Origin: Blastocladiella emersonii ATCC 22665
Lineage: Eukaryota; Fungi; Blastocladiomycota
Length of the DNA stretch: 64,000 bases
Direction: 5' to 3'
Assembly (NCBI GenBank): GCA_025594325.1
Contig: JANHCV010000004.1
Span: forward strand, 186,001 to 250,000
Part shown: positions 36,207 to 48,490 of the stretch, one piece after another
Position numbering within the stretch: the stretch's first letter is position 1
Layout of the letters: each line of letters opens with the position of its first letter
Position numbers and translations under genes: made by a program
Notes under the pieces: generated by a model
What the model was told of the DNA's origin: nothing
Databases searched by the model: none
What the model saw: the letters and a program-made list of their open reading frames with translations, nothing else

Positions 36207-38621
36207 ATGCTGTCGAGCTCCTCCGGCACGGCGCCGCCGGCGCACGCCGCGTTCGGGGATCCGGCGCACTCGTGGCCGCAAGCGCACCCGTCGTCGGCCC
36301 ACGCGACGCCCGACCACCTCGCGCACCGCCTGCACGCGCTCGCCATCACGGACAACATGGAGGACATGGAGGTCACGCCCGGGGACGCGTCCGCCCAGCA
36401 CGCGTCGCCCGACGAGCTCGCCAACGACATGGGCGGCTTCCAGGTCGGCCACGACCACGGAGCCTCGCCTCAAGAACCCGTACCCGGACCCGCACCCGGC
36501 CATGCCGCTCCGACTGCGCCGTCGCCCGCGGCGGCCGAGATCCCCGTCGGCCTCCCCGCCGAGCCGTCCGGCATGGGTGCCTTCCTCCGCGGCACGCGCA
36601 CAAGCTGCAACAAGTCGCTCGTCGGCGCCAAACTGGCTGCCGAGCACCGGGAAAACGTGAAGCAGACCGCCGCCTGGGTCGGCAACGTGTTCGAGTCGCC
36701 CGAGTTCCTGCACGTCGTCGCCGACGGCGACATGCCCGCCGCCGACGAGGACGCCATGGACGTCGACGGCCGTGCGACTGGCTCCCGCCGCACCAACCTC
36801 ATCATGTTCGGCATCGCGCGCGCGCTCGAGGGGACCCACCAGCAGTACCAGCAGTACCAGCAGTACCAGCACCACCACCCGCACTACATCCAGGCCGCCA
36901 TGGCGCTCACCACGCTGCTGCAGCTGCTCGCCCTGGTCGTGACCGACATGTTCGTGTTCGAGTACTCGTACATGCTGTTGTTCCTGCTCGAAACGGCCAA
37001 CACCGCGACCCCGTGGCTGCTGCGCACCATCGAGCTCCCGCTGTCGATCTGGCTCGACCTGTCTGACCTCGACGACCATCCAGCCGTCGCCGTTTGCCAG
37101 TCGATGATCGCGACGCAGCCGGCGCTCACCATGACCGGTTACGCCTTCCTCAGCCTCCTCGCGCTGCTCGAATTGGACGGCGAAACGTTCTGGCAGCTGC
37201 TGACGTCGCAATTCCCGCACCGCCAACCGCAGCCCGACGCCCTCATGTTCGTCCGCCAGTACCTGTCGCAGTCGGCCATCCTTGAGGGTCTCATCCGTAA
37301 ACTCAACGAGTGTTCCCCGTTGACCCCGAAGCAGGCTGTCTACCGGGGCGGCGCGGAGATTTGCGGCATCGGCATGGCCCTCATGGCGCTCGTCCGCTAC
37401 CAGTGGCAGGACGCCTTCGCCCAGAGCCAGCTCGCGCCGCTCGACGAGGCGCTCGCGGTCCACCTTCCTCTCGCCCGGCACCTGGCGAGCAAGCAGCCGG
37501 TGGCCGCCGTCTACCTGTTCGGGCCCCGTACGTGCCTCAAGCTCGTGCCGACGAGCTTAGCGGTACGCAGCCCCAACACCAAGATGCTGCAGAAGCTGCT
37601 GACGGGGTACATGGACCGGGCCGGGTCGCTGTGGGCGGAAACCTTCGGCGCGGTTACGTCCCTTCGCTTTCTCACTCGTCCACGCCGCGCGCCCTGACGC
37701 TCCGGATATCTTCTAGTGATGTACGGGTGCACGACCTCGAGCAAGATGGCGTCCAAGCTCCTGTTCAAGGTGGTGACCACGATCCGCAAGGCCGTCAAGT
37801 TCGATGAGGACTTCCGGTTCACGCTCGCCCACTGCAACCGCGGCACCTTCCTCAAGCTCACCGACGGCGGCGTTCATCCCGACGAGCCCATGTCGGTCAA
37901 CGAGGACCTCGCGAAACAACTCGAGGAGGCGTCGCTCAGTTCGCCCGACCGGAACAAGATCTCCATGATGCCGTGCGACGTCCTCATGCTCCTGCTCGCG
38001 GTGACGGGGACCGAGCCCAACTTCGCGCCGGTGCTGTACCACGCGGGGTTTGCGCGGCTGGCCGTCGCGGCCGTCGGCGTTCCGTGCGGGCTAGACGGCG
38101 CGGGTACCGCGTACTTCCAGGCGCTGCTCACCGCGCTCGCCACGACCGGTGCGGCCGCCTACTACGTCACGGTCCTGCTCGAGGTCATCTTCGGCGAGGA
38201 CCCCAACGGCTACCTGATCCATTTCATGCACGCGCCGCTCCTCGTGTCCGGGACCACGGCCGGCTGCACGTCCTCGGACGTCGTGACCCGCAACCTGTGC
38301 TGCAGCAACGAGGGCATGCCGTGCTCGCTGTGGGTCCAGCCGGTGTTCGTCGCGGCGCTCGTGCACCTGATGCACGCCGCGGCATCGACTTTTGGAAGCT
38401 ATGCCATGTCGCCGTCGCGCGCATTCGCGCGCTGGCTCGTCCAGAACGTCGACCCGGCGACGCTCGACGAGATCCGGGGCTACCTCAACAAGGCCAAGAC
38501 CCGCCCCGACGTCGCCCGTTGCGCCTGCGGGTGCTACGCGGACCCGGTGCTCGCGGCCGCTGTCGAGATCCTGTCCCAGCACCCCGTCGTCGCCTCGGCG
38601 CTCATGAACACGTACCACTAG
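36207..38621 (+). CDS. Lineage-specific alpha-helical hypothetical protein (at least two coding blocks; may extend to ~38980)
   Basis: Long ORFs 36207-37697 and 37716-38621 with host-like codon bias, a probable 5'UTR intron at 36138-36206, and an intron-like segment near 37653-37716 whose phase I could not resolve. No family recognised. Confidence 0.6.
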
Positions 38622-39188
38622 CGAGTGCTCTCGCCGCGTACCACGCACGACCAGGTCCGCGACCAGCTCATCGACCGCGACGCCAACATGCCCGAGGGCC
38701 TCGGCTTTACACCATTGCTAATACACACAACCCCATTTCTTGCTGACACGAGTCTTCACCGTTGAGTCGCGTGTCGTGCAGTACGAATCCCCGCATTGGC
38801 CGCGGCCACGATCATGTCCGCGGCGGCGACGGGTTTGACGCCGCTCGTAGCGCGCTCTGCGATGGTCTCGAGCAGCTAGGCGGCGTGTCGCCGAGCCGAG
38901 TAGAGGCAACGCTCCGCCGAGTCCTCAGCGAGGTGCACGTCCCGCACCGCGCGCGGCGCGACGTGGCCCGCCGACTCTGAGCGAGGGAGGGGCAGGTAAG
39001 CTAGCGAGTGCGTAAGACAGAAGCGTTGATCCAAATGAGGGGTTCCATTGTAAAGAGAGATATGATATAGGGTTGGTTTTGTTCGTATTTTACTCTTCAA
39101 TCATTCGTTCACACACGGCGGGGACGACGGCGCGCGCACCCCGGAGACGCGGGCGTGCGGCACGGCGACGCGGTCGGTGGTGCCGACC

Positions 39189-40361
39189 TTAGTACCGGTG
39201 GATCTGGTCGGGGGTGAGGCCGCGGAGCGACTCGGGCTCGGTGCCCTTGACGTAGATCTCGGTCCACATCTCCTCGACGGCGGGCTCGGGCGACGCCTTG
39301 GCCTCGTCGACGGCCTTGTCGACATCCTCCTTGGCCTGCTTGTCGATGACCTTGAGGTCGGCCTCGGTGGCGGCCTCGACCTCGAGGATGACGGACTTGA
39401 GGCCCATGATGGGGTCGCGGGTACTGCGCATGTGCTGGATCTCCTCGCGGGTGCGGTAGGTGGTGCCGGGGTCGGACATGGAGTGGCCGCCGTAGCGGTA
39501 CGTGGCAAACTCGAAGACGAGCGGGCCGTTGCCCGAGGTGGCGTACTCCTTGCCCCAGCGGGCGGCCTCGAAGACGGCGAGCACGTCCATGCCGTTGATG
39601 CGGACGCCCGGGACGAAGTCGCCGCGGGTAAAGTAGTCGGTGGAGGCGGCGGCGCGGTTGGCGGCGGTGCCCATGCCGTAGCGGTTGTTCTCGCAGCCGA
39701 AGATGACGGGGAGGTTCCACAGCTTGGCCATGTTGTAGGCCTCGAAGACCTGGCCCTGGTTGGCGGCGCCGTCGCCGTAGAGGGCAAAGGTGATGTTGGG
39801 GTGGCCGAGGTAGTTCTGGGCAAAGGCGACGCCGGCGCCGACGGGGACCTGGGCGCCGACAATGCCGTTGCCGCCGTAGAAGTTGTGGGCGAACATGTGC
39901 ATGGAGCCGCCCTTGCCCTTGGTGATGCCGTCCTTGCGGCCCATGAGCTCGGCGAGGATGGAGGCGACGGAGCCGCCGCGCATCATGGCGAAGCCGTGGC
40001 AGCGGTAGGCGGTGATGATGGCGTCGTCGCGGGTGAGGGCGTGCTCCATGCCGACCGAGACGGCCTCCTGGCCAATGTTGAGGTGGCAGAAGCCGCGGAT
40101 CATCTTCTGCTTGTAGAGGGCGTCGGCGGCCGTCTCCATGCGGCGCATGACGACCATGTCCTTGTACATCTGGACGAGGCGGTCCTGCGAGATGGTCACC
40201 TCGGAGCGCGGGCCGTCGGCCGACTCGATGCGGTGCAGGTCAAACGTCGACTTGAGCGAGATCGTGTACTCCTGGGCGGCGGCGGGCGAGGCGGAGAAGG
40301 CGCGGGCGGCGCCGGCGGTGCGCGCGGCGGCGGCGACGCGGGTGGCGGTGCGGGAGAGCAT
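39189..40361 (-). CDS. PDA1: Pyruvate dehydrogenase E1 alpha subunit, mitochondrial (possible in-frame upstream exon 40703-40506)
   Basis: GFCHL, TPP-binding GDGAANQGQVFEAYNMAKLWNLP...ENN, phosphorylation loop YRYGGHSMSDPGTTYRTREE, and an Arg/Ala-rich presequence MLSRTATRVAAAAR. Confidence 0.97.
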   Translation of the reverse strand: MLSRTATRVAAAARTAGAARAFSASPAAAQEYTISLKSTFDLHRIESADGPRSEVTISQDRLVQMYKDMVVMRRMETAADALYKQKMIRGFCHLNIGQEAVSVGMEHALTRDDAIITAYRCHGFAMMRGGSVASILAELMGRKDGITKGKGGSMHMFAHNFYGGNGIVGAQVPVGAGVAFAQNYLGHPNITFALYGDGAANQGQVFEAYNMAKLWNLPVIFGCENNRYGMGTAANRAAASTDYFTRGDFVPGVRINGMDVLAVFEAARWGKEYATSGNGPLVFEFATYRYGGHSMSDPGTTYRTREEIQHMRSTRDPIMGLKSVILEVEAATEADLKVIDKQAKEDVDKAVDEAKASPEPAVEEMWTEIYVKGTEPESLRGLTPDQIHRY

Positions 40362-41316
40362 GGCGTCGTCGGTCTACCGGGGTTGCGAGAGGGGGGAGGG
40401 AGGTTAGTGCGTGTGGCTCATGGTGGTGGTGGTGGCTCAGCGGAGGGCGGGCGGACGGGCGATCGGAGGGGAGGGGAGGACGACGGGTGCGAGCGCGACA
40501 CTGACCTCGAGAGCAGCGGTCTCGGACGTGACGGCAGGATCAGCAGCGGGCGTGGTCGCAGACGCGGCGGACGCAGCAGCGGAGACGTTCGCAGCCGCAG
40601 CGGACGACGAAGCAGCGGCGGACTCCGCGACGGTCGGAGCCGCGTGCTGGGCGGCCGCCTTGACGGCGTGCGAGGCAAATCGCTCGCGCAGCGCGTTCCA
40701 CATGGCGGGCAGACTGAGGTGCGGCGAGTCCGAGGGGGCAGCGAGGGGAGGGAGGGAGCGTGAGCGACCAGACGGGGCTCGGTGAGGGATCGGGGCAGCA
40801 GCGAGAGGGTGCGGCGGCCCTCGATGGCCGGTCAGCGCTCCACAGGTCGCCGTCGCCACCGCCGCCGCGGCCGGCACGTCGGGGCGGGCGGCGATAAGGC
40901 CGGTCGTAGCTCGGCAGATGCATGCATGGAGAGGTCGGGGGGCCGTACCTCGTGGAGGGTACGGGGGGTTCGCTCGGACGGGCAGAACACGCTCGAGGGT
41001 GGCCGGGCTGGAGAGAGAGGGCGGGAGGGGCGATCGGGGACGGCAGCAGCGTAGCGCGGCGCAGAGCTCGGTGCTCGGCCGATGATAGACTGCGCGTGCG
41101 CGGCGTGTGCGGCGGGCCGCCGGCGGCCATCCATCTCCCCAACACGCTGCTGGTTATCGCGCTGCAGCCGCGCCTGCCACTCCTGTCATGCCGCGGCCCC
41201 CACGTGACGCTTTGCGGCGCGGCGCGTCCTGCGGGTCCTGCGCCGCCCGCACGGCATGCCGTCGCCGCTCCTCTCCTTGCCTCACAAACCTTGCATCACC
41301 CACCACACGCACTGCA

Positions 41317-42266
41317 ATGAACGCTCGCGCAACCGACATGGACTGGACCCGGTTCCTCATCGACACGGCCGCGCCCGTGCTCGGCAACCTCACCGCGAGT
41401 AGCTACGCCTCTCCCCATGAGCCACAGGCGACAGCGGACTGAGCCCGCGCCCCCGCGAGTGTAGTGGCGACGGCGCTGGCGCCGCTGCGGTCGGTGCTCG
41501 CGGTGCGCAAGGCCGGGTCGCTCGGGGAGATGAACCCGTACCGTTCCCGCCGCTTCCCTGCTCGCTCGCTCGCTGAGCAAGCCGCTGACGGCGCGCCCGC
41601 GCCCGAGCTAGGCTCCCGCTGGCCTTCATCTTCCTCAACGCGCTGACGTGGATCCACTACGGGCTGTTTGCGCGCGACGCGGTGCGTACCTACCCCTGGC
41701 GCGACCCTCCATGAGCAGCAGCACCGACTGACTTGCACTCACGGTAGTACATTGTCGGGCCCAACGTGGTCGGGCTGGTCGCGGGCACCTTCTACCTGCG
41801 CGTCGCGTACCTGCCGGCGACGCCCGCGATGCGCCGTGCCATGGACGCGGCCACCTCCGTGTACCCGGCGGTCCTCTTGATCGTCGCCACCTACTTTACC
41901 ACCGCCCACGGCGGGACCGACGACGGCATGTTGCGGGCGCACGGGCTGACGGCGCTCGGGTCGCTGTCGGTGCTCATCCTGGTCGCCATGTACGGCTCGC
42001 CGCTCGCGACGCTCGCGCGCGTGGTGCGCACGCGCAACGCGGCGTCGATCCACGCCGGGTTCGCCGCCACCTCGCTCGTCAACGGCCTGCTGTGGACGGC
42101 GTACGGGCTCGGCGCGCGCAACGACCCGTTCGTGTACGCGCCCAACGCCATCGGCGCCGCCTTTGCCGCCGTCCAGCTCGTGTGCCTCGCCGTCTGGCCC
42201 GCACCGCCGCCCGAGGACGAGGTCGTGGTCACGGTCCATGGCGAGCGCACCCCGCTGCTCATCTGA
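41317..42266 (+). CDS. SWEET (MtN3/saliva) sugar transporter, about 4 exons
   Basis: Two MtN3 repeats: LAPLRSVLAVRKAGSLGEMNP-LPL...TWIHYG...PNVVG and MYGSPLATLARVVRTRNAASI...LWTAYG...PNAIG, separated by short GT-AG introns between 41.4 and 41.75 kb. Confidence 0.9.
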
Positions 42267-42685
42267 GGTCTGTGCTCCCTCACTCTGTATATTTACAAGC
42301 ATGCGTACCACACACGCATGACGCGAGGAGAAAGTGGAGAGAAACCCCGAAACCGCAGAATGAGGTTGCGCGTGGCGGCGGCGTGACCGCGCTTCTCACG
42401 CGTCGCGACGCGTCGCACATTGGGCGCGGCCGGATCGGGCAGGTGGGGGCGCGGCGACGCGATGCTCTTCGCCCCGCGCGGCGATCCGTCCCTGGAACTC
42501 GCGCTCGCACACTCGCACACTCCCACACCCGGACGAATTGCTGCCCGCAACCTGCCACAACGGCGTGCGGCGCACCCACGGCACCGCGTTCCCATGCATC
42601 GCCCCGCCCGCTGCGCGCTTGGCTCTCCTCGTCCCGCCGCCGCCCCTTGACCTCGCCCTCCTCCACCCCACCCGCCCGCGCCATC

Positions 42686-45600
42686 ATGTACTCTTCTTCC
42701 CGCGGCCCACCCTCGGCAGCCGCGCAGCACTCGCAGTATCACCACCAGCAGCAACACGCCGCCTCGCCGCCCGTCCACTCGGCCCGCCTGCCCACCGGCT
42801 ACTACCAGCAGCAACAGCATTCTTCCACCAACGGCGGCATGGCGCGCGCTAGCACACAGCAACTGCAGCCGCAGCCCCAGCAGCAGTACTCGACCGCCTC
42901 GGTCCCTGCCCGCATCGCCGTGCGCGGGTCCATGGACACGGCCAGCGCTGCGGCCGCTGGCTCCATCCACTACCAGCAACATCAGCAGCAGCAGTCGTAC
43001 CACCACCAGAACCTCTCCTCGACCGCCTACACGGCGACCGTCACCAAGTCCTCGTCAGCCCGCATGTCGTCGACCGCGGCGGCGGCAGCCGGTCTCCGCG
43101 GCACCGTGTCGACGACCCGCCTCAAGACCCCACCCAACGCCCTCCTCTCGTACCCGCCGCCGTCCGACGAGGTCGACGACAACGACCCGCTCGCCGCCCG
43201 CAACTACTCTACGGCTCGCCACTCGACGGGCCAGCAGCAGCAGCAGCAGAACCAGTACCAGCAGCATCAGCAGTACTCGTCCACGTCGCGCGACAGCACC
43301 GCGGGCCCCGCCACCGCCTCGCGCGACGTGCACCTGCAGCAGTCGGCCACCATCTCGGGCAACCACCCGTCCGCTGCTGCTGCCGCCGCTGCGGCCGCCT
43401 CGGGCTCGACCGCCGCGCAGTCGCCGACCGTCCTCCCGCCCGTCTTCATCCAGTGCGCTCTGCTCCCGAGCTCCTACGCCCTCGTCCGCGTCGCCGACAA
43501 CCGCTGCGAGTTCCGCGCCGTCGTCCCCGCACCGCCCTCGGCCTCGGCCCGCATGTCCTCAGACCTCAAGCGCTCGCTGCGCATGCACGCCGCCAACGGC
43601 AGCGCTCGCGGCGCCCTTGTCGCCCGCCACGACTCGGGCGCCTCGGTCGCCGGCCGCGACAGCGAGGACGACGACGAGGACGAGCCTGATCGCCACCACA
43701 ACAGCCACGGCCGCCACCACCGGCCGGGGCACGGCACCCTCTCGTCGTCAATCGAGGACGGCGACAGCGAGCGCGACGAGTCGAGCTCCGCCGCCACCAA
43801 CGCCGCCAACCGCGCCGGCCGCGTGCGCCCCAGCCACCAGCCGTGGGGGTCCGAGTTCCTCCTACTCGAGTACCGCCGCGGCGCGAAACCCGTCCCCGTC
43901 ACCCGCGACTCGGTCCGCGAGGGGCTCCCTGTCCTCCTGTGCGTCCGCCACGGCGATGCCGGGCTCGCCCGCGACAAGGAGCTCACCGACGGCGCAGCGG
44001 CTGCCGCCTCGGCGCCCGCCTCGGCGCCCGACCCGTCGAGCGACGCCCTCGCGCCGCAGTTCATCGGGTTCAAGGACTCGGGCGCCCTCTTCTCGATCCA
44101 GTACCCGACGTCCAAGACGCTCTTCACCATGGTGGTGCGTTGCTCTATGCTGTCTGCTAAGTACTCCCGAACCGCGCTGACTCGCGACCCTGTAGTCGGT
44201 CGGCTCCCGCGGCTTTGCCCTGCGCACCGACTCGGGCCAATACCTCACCGTCGCCCACGACCGCTCGCTCGGCACCACCCCACGCTACTCGGCCACCGCA
44301 TGCACCTTCCGCTTTGTCTTTGTCCGCGACCCGCGCGACCCCTTCCGCGAGGCCAATCGCGAGGCCCGCCGTGCCCGCGAGCGCAAGAACGCCGCCAACA
44401 GCGGTCCGCCCGTCCCGCCCAAGGACGCCGCGCCCGGCTCGATGCGCGCCGGCGCCGGGCAGGCCAACACCACCAACTCGGTCAAGTCGATCCAGTTCGC
44501 CGCCGCCAACGGACCCGCCGGTCCGCCCGCGCCGGCGCGGGGCCCGCAGCGCCCGCCGTGGAACTCGGTGACCACGGCGACGAACGCCGAGTCAGCGGCT
44601 GTCACGGCCACCACGACCACGACCACGACAGCGGCGACCAGCGTGCAGCAGCAGCGTGTCACGAGTGGGCCCGCGCAGCAGCAGTCGCTCCGCATGACGC
44701 TCGCGCCCATCCCCGAGGCCGAGCGCAACGCCGCGTCGCCGCGCCCGCAGCACGGGTCGCTTGGTCCAGCGGGTCCTGCTGGCTCCGTCCAGGTCCCCGG
44801 CGGACCGTTCCCCGGCAACGCACGCCCGAACCCGTACATGGCCGCCGCCAACCAGCAGCAGCAGCAGCAGGCTCAGCAACAACAGCAACAACAGCAGCGG
44901 TTCCAGAACGCGCCCCCGCCGCCGCAGCAGCAGCAGATGCACCCCGGCATGCCGCCCAACGTCGGGCCCGGCCCCGCGCCCATGTTCCCCGGATCTTCCT
45001 CCGTCGGGCCGCATCCACACCCGCAGATGATGATGCACCCGCAGCAGCACCAGCAGCATCACGGCGCGGCTCCGCCCAACGGCCCCGCTCCCGCGACGGC
45101 CGCGGCGCTCGCGTCCGGCATGGGCGGGTCGCGGCTGTGCTACCCGGTGGCGATCCAGGACCCCAAGGGCCGCATGCTCGTGTGCGAGTCGAACCGGCCG
45201 TCGCGGCCCGGCGGGCCCGTGCACTCGAGCGGCGCGTCGACGCGGTCCGACTCGTCGTCCATCACCACGGTCGTGGAGCTGCTCAAGCTCGAGACGGTGA
45301 GTCGGGCCAAGTTCGACGACCGTGTTCTGTACTTTGACGTGGCGGTGCTCGGCAGCAGCCCCGGGCTCGAGGACGAGCGCATGGGCACGCTCACGCCCAG
45401 CCCGCTCGAGGACGCGCTGCTCGCCGCGGCGCCGCTCGACCTCCTCAAGGACAGCGGCAAGCGCGTTATGTTCCGCAGCAACCGCGACGGCCGGTACCTC
45501 GCGGTCCGCCTCCCCGCGCCGTCGCGCGCCTCGGACACGTCGCCGTACCTTCCGAACGGTGAGTGGGACGAGACAATTGCCGAGGACGAGGACGATGTCG

Positions 45601-47693
45601 GCACCCTGGTCCTGACGCGCCGCCCGTGCCGCGCCGCCGTCTGGATCTGGCGCGGGCTCCCGCACTCGCCGCTTTCGTTCGCCCTCGAGTCCGCTGCGCT
45701 CCGCTCGTTCCTCTCGGTCCACAACCCGCCCGCCGTCGTCGCCGCCGCAGCCACCGTCGGCCCGCTCTCGCACCGCAACCTGTTCCGCTCAGGCAGCCTC
45801 GCCGCGCGCCGCCTCAGCTCGCACATCACGGGCGGGTCCGGGCACGGGACTATTGGGGGAGGCGGCGGAAGCCCCGTCGTCGCTGCGTCCGGCAAGGTCG
45901 CCGGGTTCCTCAGCGTCGCCACGCTCCGCGCGTCCGCCACCACGGTCGGCGTCCGCGAGTCGCTCACGCTGTCGGTCCCGCCGAGCCTCCAGCAGGCCAT
46001 CGCCATGCAGAGCGTCCGCGGACCGCCCCGGTACACCATGTACCTCACGGCCGCGATTACCGGCGGTACGTTTCGCGCGGGTGTAGGATTACCAGCGCCT
46101 CGACACTGACGCTTCGCCTGCTTTTTGCGTGTAGCTTCTCTCATGGGCGCCACGGCGGGTATCGTCAACATGGTCATCAACGCCAACAAGACCCCGACCA
46201 ACGCGCACGCGTCCTCGTCGCCGCCGAGCAGCAGCTCGAGCACCGCGGCGCCCGGCGACGCCGTCGTCGTCGGCCCGCCGGCCACCACGACCACAACGAC
46301 CGTCGCCAACGGCCCCGTCACCACATCATCGGCCGACTCGGGCGCCGGCGGGATCACCATGACCACGTCGACCGCTGTTTCCGGCGGCCCGCCTGCTGGC
46401 GACACGGCCGCGGGGAGCGGCGCGGGGAACGGGTGGTCCGGAACCACGGCGGATGGAGGTGCCGGCGGGATCGCGGTCACGACGGGCGTGGGGCACTCGG
46501 GCTCGCCCGTGGGCGGCTCGGGATCTGGCGCTGATACGGGCGCCGGCAGCTCGGGCACCGCTGGTGGGTCCACATGGTCCGTCAACGGCGGCAGCGGCTC
46601 GAGTTCGGGCGCTGGACACGGCGCGACCGGTGGCGCTGCAGATGGCGGTAACTCGGGCGCCAACGGGACGTGGTCCAGCGGAAACGGCCACAACGGCGGT
46701 TCCGCAGACAGCGGCTCGTGGTCCGCGACCGGCAGCAGCGGGAACGCGGCCTCGAACGGCAGCAGCGGCCAGAGCCACACGGGTTCGGCCGACGTCGGCA
46801 CGCCCATCGACTTCCCGCCGATCCAGAACACGACCAACGGCGTGATCCCCGTCGACCATGCGGCGGGGACCGCGACCGGCGGTTCCGGCTCGGGTTCCGC
46901 GTGGTCCAATGGCGGTGCAGGGCATGATGCTGGATCCGCGTGGGTCGGCGGAAACGGCGTCGGCGGTCACGACGCTGGTGCAGGGTCGGCGTGGACCGGT
47001 AACGGCGCCGCTGGCCACGATTCTGGTTCCGCGTGGTCTGGCAGCGGGGCTGGCGGGCACGACGCTGGCGCCGCGTCGCCATGGTCGTCGAATGACGGCA
47101 CCGCGGGCGGGCACGAGGTCACGGGCACCTCGTCCTGGTCGAGCAGCGGTGGCGGCGGCGGAGACCACGGCCAGACGCCGTCGACTTCGTGGTCCGGAAA
47201 CGGCGGTGCGCACGACGCGGGCGGCCACGTCGACGTCGGTGGCTCGTCCTCGGTCCACACGACGCCGCCATGGGCCTCGTCCAACAACAGCAGCGGCGGC
47301 GAGCAGTACTACGACGCCGTCGGCACCCACGCGCCCGGGCCCACGTCGTTCCACCACGCTGACGTGAGCTACGGCCCGCCGCCACCCGGCGTCGACGCGG
47401 CGTACAACACGCACCCGTCGACCATGCTCGACGCGTACACGCTCCCGAGCGCGTCGCCGACGCACGCCCCCGCGGCCGAGTTTGTCATGCCCGAGACCGG
47501 GTTCCCCGGTGCGTGGCAGGCGCACATCGACGCGGCGCTGCACGCGCAAAACTACGGCGCGCACGTCGGCGTCGGCGCGGACCTCGGGATCCACCACGCG
47601 TACATGGACGCGAGCGGTGCGGGGGTCGGGTTCGACTGCTCGGGCCACGCGCACGCGCACGTTGATGTCGGGTCGATTCCGTTCCACAGCTAA
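42686..47693 (+). CDS. Large (~1625 aa) low-complexity protein with putative fascin-like beta-trefoil segments, a hydrophobic Gly-rich helix and a Gly/Ser/His/Trp repeat tail
   Basis: Exons 42686-44134, 44196-46065 and 46135-47693 join in frame (4878 nt) via GTGCGT/GTACGT...TAG introns. Motifs ALRTDSGQYLTV, FRSNRDGRYLAV and FALESAALRSFLSV resemble beta-trefoil strands (domain call tentative). Confidence 0.8.
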
Positions 47694-48490
47694 GGCGGCA
47701 CTGGACCGCGCAGTCTCCGGGTTTTGTTCCATTTTGCGACCCTCTTCCGCCTCGTTATTTTTTTCTCCCCTCGCTCTCTCGCTCGGTTGCGAACCAGGCC
47801 AGGTCCAGCGGGACCATGGCGTAGTGTTGACTCTCTCCCTCTCTTTGCTGGCGCGGCTGCCACCCGCCTCACCCGTTTTTTCCTGTACCCTCCGGCAGCC
47901 GCGGCCGACCTCGTGCTGTGCCCCCTATAAATACATTGAAATACCGCGTCGTTCGGGTTCCTCCTTGGTGGCGAGCGAGAGTGCGTGCGAGCGCGCTGAT
48001 CGCCTGTGTGATCCGACCGCCTGACCGAGGCGGCAGCTGAAACGAGACGCGTTGCGCCCGCGTCGCCTTTCCGCTGCTCCCGGACGGATCCTCCTCAGCT
48101 CCACTCTAGCACGTCTCTTGAACACAAGAACGCTGTTGATGTATGAGCACGTCGCCGGACCTTTCGAGGGTGAGGACTCGGGAGCGAACGGCTCGACGAC
48201 CGCCTCGCTGCGTTCCGAGCTACTCACGTTTTTTTCTTCGCTGGTCCAACCAAGCCAGAGCTCGGCCGACATCGCCAAACGATGGTGAACAACGGGTCGT
48301 AAAGCCGGCCATCGACGACCACTTCCTTGGCGAGTCTACTCCACCCTCCACACGGACGAGAACCGGCAGCAACAGCAAGATAGGAGGCAAGTATGACGGC
48401 AAGTATGATGGACAAGACGGTGGACAGGTGTGTTCGAGAGAAACTCGGCATGTATTTTCACGACGCACGGGGCGGCAGGTCAACACACAC

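Noticed and set aside
39177-40763. Long antisense or shadow ORFs (also 35409-37481 -, 45140-46909 -, 49229-51682 -, 15906-17738 +, 1023-2324 -)
   Set aside because: They lie opposite well-supported genes in GC-rich DNA where stop codons are rare, and contain no recognisable domains.
48140-48490. Small spliced gene between the 47693 stop and RPS3 (intron-like signals on both strands; GGCAAGTATGA x2)
   Set aside because: It yields only very short peptides or an ORF running antisense into RPS3; more likely UTR sequence.
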